DNA of 64,000 bases, from assembly GCF_009914755.1 (NCBI RefSeq), contig NC_060925.1. One strand, written 5' to 3'. Below are positions 59,711-64,000 of the stretch, piece by piece. The notes beneath the pieces are model-generated. The model saw nothing but the letters and a program-made list of their open reading frames with translations, made no database searches and was not told the origin of the DNA. Numbering within the stretch: the first letter of the stretch is position 1; the number at the start of each line of letters is the position of its first letter. The DNA comes from the human T2T-CHM13v2.0 reference genome, Homo sapiens. The translations under genes and the position numbers were made by a program.

Positions 59711-60955
59711 TTCTGTAGCCTCGCCCTGCCTGGTTCCCAGCCCACCTCTCTTGGTCATTTTCACATGTTCTGTTTTACGGGGTTTCCCTTGCTTAATGAC
59801 TCTCCCCTCCACCGAGTCCTGATGTTAAAAATACCCAGGGAGGCCGCCTGGAACTTTCTGTAGAAATGGTTCTCTGTCGTTTCCTTGTTCGTGTGGCTAG
59901 AGGGATTCCAGTAGGTCTTCTTGAGAGATATGTTTGATGTCAGATGCTTTGAACAATATCAGGTTTATTCTCACCCTGCCACGTTTTCCTTCTCAGCCTC
60001 ATCTGTCACTACTCACACAAAGGCAAAGGGACTGAGTGAGCAGAGCCCAGCAGCACTCATCTCCACAACCTCCAGTTGGAGCCCACTTGGGGGAGGAATG
60101 GAGAAGGAAAGAGATCAGGGCACCACACTGCTCAGGCTTTATTGAGGCCAGGCAACAGTTGGCTTTTAGGTCAGATTTTGGAGATGGCCTGTGAAACTGC
60201 GTTTTCTTCCAGTCCTTCCCCCAGACACACTTTAAAATGAAGCCCCATTCAAGGAAAGGGTAAGGATAAGAGACCATGTATTGAGACAAAGACTTCGTTT
60301 CTGTTTTTTAGTGGGTGGGAGGGTAGGGAGACTATTCCAGCGGTGTCTCTATAACAGATACGCTTCCATCTGTGGGATTTAGCTTTGGAGAATTGGGGTG
60401 GGGCCAAATGAGCGCTCTGACTCCTGAGAGAGTGAAGACGGTACAAACACAGAAGGTAAATTTGGGGCTTATGCAAAAGACTTGGGTGCTTTTAGTTGAT
60501 TGCTAAGCTCAACAGGAGTGAATGGTATAATGTGAATATTAAAGAAGGAGCAAATTGAAGCTTAGGGTTTGTTGACAGAAGAAGTAGGCTGTCTAGATTC
60601 TGTCTAGATCAAAAGTGATGATTTTACTTTTGGCTCCTTTCTGCTCCTCTTGGGCCTCTCCGAGAGGGCTGTGCTTAGTTCTGGGCATCATTAGATAAAA
60701 TAAGTACAATCAAGAGACAGGAGGGAACTCAAAGCCATGCCTTGAGGGATGGCCAAAGGAAGGACCTGGGACTCCTGAGTCCGGAGAAATGACGACTGGG
60801 AGTGGGGAGGATGTGGTAGCTTCCTTCAAATTTCCGAAGAGCTATTGGTGGTAGAGGGATTGAATCACATTAGAATCTCTTAGGAGGACAGAACAACCGA
60901 TGCAAGCGAGTTGTTGGGAGGCGAGTTATGGCTCAGTGTAAAGAAAAAGCTTTCT

Positions 60956-61581
<626 letters not shown>

Positions 61582-61769
61582 TTAGCTGCCTGGGCAGTAT
61601 GGGCAGTAAAGAGATTGTTGACCCTGGAGTTACTCAGGCAAAGGCTAGATGACCACTTGATGGTGATGGGAGTGAGTGTATCAGGGCCTTTTGCTCTCTG
61701 CCAGTGTTTTTCACACTTGAAGAAAAAAGTATTATTTATTAAGTTTTAAAAATTTTATATTTACATGTA

Positions 61770-62335
61770 ACAATTTCAGACAAATTCAGAAATGATTTGG
61801 AAAAATCGCAAATTATATATTTACAGTCCAATTAATTTGACAAACTGAGTATACTCATGGGATGGGCATTCAGATAGAGAAAGGGAACATTACCAGCATC
61901 CCTGAAGCCCTCCTGATGACTTCAAGGATAATCATTATCCTAATTTTTAACACCATAGAATAATTTTGCCTAGTTTTGAACTTTATGTAAATGAAATTAT
62001 ACACCATGTACTCTTTCGTACGTGGCTCCTTTCACTCAATCTTTTGCTTTTGGAGTTCTATACTGTTATATGGTACTGTAGTCCATTTATTCTTGCTTTT
62101 AAATAGGCTTCTATAGTGTATAAATATATCAAATTTATTTGTCCATTCTATTCTTAATAGGCACTTGGGCAATTTCCAGTTTGGAGCTATTATAAACAGT
62201 GTTGCTATGAACATTTCTGTACAGGTCTTTTGATGAACATATGTACACATTTCTGTTGAGTAAATAAGTAGAAGTATGATTTCTGCGTAATAGGAAATGC
62301 ATGTTCAGATTTAGTAAATACTGCCAGATTGTTTT
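61770..62335 (-). mobile_element. Old L1M 3' fragment
   Basis: Minus-strand ORF2 C-terminal-like translation (HQKTCTEMFIATLFIIAPNWK). Confidence 0.8.
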
Positions 62336-62378
62336 TTTTTAAACAGATTACAAAAGAGATTTCTAAAGCGGGTATCCA

Positions 62379-62739
<361 letters not shown>

Positions 62740-63167
62740 TCACTAGTTATCAGGGAAATGCAAATTAGAACCACAACACCATGCTGCTATATACATATCA
62801 GAATGGCTGAAATTAAAAAGATAGAAAGTAGCAAATGCTGGCAAGGTGGACCATTCAGAATGTTCACATATTTTTTAACCACTACTCACAATAAGTAATA
62901 TATTTACATTGCCACCAAGTACTCTTACATATGTAACAAAGTTTCTTGTAACAATACTTAACTTTACTATGTGTTTTGCACTCTGATATTTGCTATTCTA
63001 TTCTTTTTCTTTAAAAATAAAATGTTGGCTCTGATTCACTGAATTTATTTCTCCACCTAATGGGTCACAGTTGGAAAAATCCTATAATCACAGATCATGG
63101 CTGACATCTCAGATCCTTCCTAACTCACAGATCAGATTAGTTCATAAACACTTATTAAAAATTTGAG

Positions 63168-63576
<409 letters not shown>

Positions 63577-64000
63577 TCATCATCTATAATTTTAATAGAG
63601 AGACACTAAGGCAGAGATACGCAGTGGCTGCTCTGGGTACACAGTGGATAGGGGATTGAAAGAATAAAAATTAACCATAATTGATAACATTTATTAAGCT
63701 TTAATTGTGTGCTAATCTCTTTGAATACTTAATTCACCTAATCCTTACAACCCTATGAAGTAAATGTTATACTCATTTTTAAGAAAAGGAAATTGAGCTT
63801 CAGAAAGATTAAATAATTTTCCCAGAGTGACACACACAGCCGAGAAAGAAATATAGCCTTGAACTGTTTCATTCCAAAATCTATGCTTTTACTTTATTTT
63901 AGTAGAGTTTTGTAGGTGACTCAGTTTATGACTTGTTTCTGAAGCTAGCTACTTGCTCAATTTACCCACAAAGGACAAGGTGCTTGGTATTTTAGTTCTC

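Noticed and set aside
59279-59863. ORFs of 90-177 aa across the proximal CpG island
   Set aside because: Expected from stop-codon scarcity in GC-rich DNA; no recognisable protein.

Overview
Human (primate) genomic DNA, repeat-rich, with no prokaryote-type system. It carries the 5' end of PDE4DIP (myomegalin, 1q21 segmental-duplication family) on the + strand as two alternative coding first exons, each in a CpG-rich promoter: 23301-23533 (MKGTDSGSCCRRRC...TPWMR) and 59567-59586 (MEQTWTR). Both end in phase-2 GT donors, and the shared downstream exon lies beyond the window. Sequence alone cannot separate PDE4DIP from its near-identical duplicated copies. The rest is upstream and intronic DNA: about 25 Alus, old L1M/L2/L3/MIR fragments, DNA-transposon MITEs, solo LTRs (MLT1, MST, LTR10-like, MER41B), a two-LTR MLT1H-like provirus, a full-length dead L1PA antisense to the gene, and 5S rRNA and 7SK retropseudogenes. 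I found no convincing new biological system. The best leads are the near-identical ends of the two first exons, an L1 antisense promoter pointing into PDE4DIP, the apparent loss of the neighbouring SEC22B first exon, a ~110-bp templated insertion in a CA microsatellite, and several template-switch palindromes. Repeat subfamily names come from recalled consensus sequences and need RepeatMasker/Dfam confirmation.
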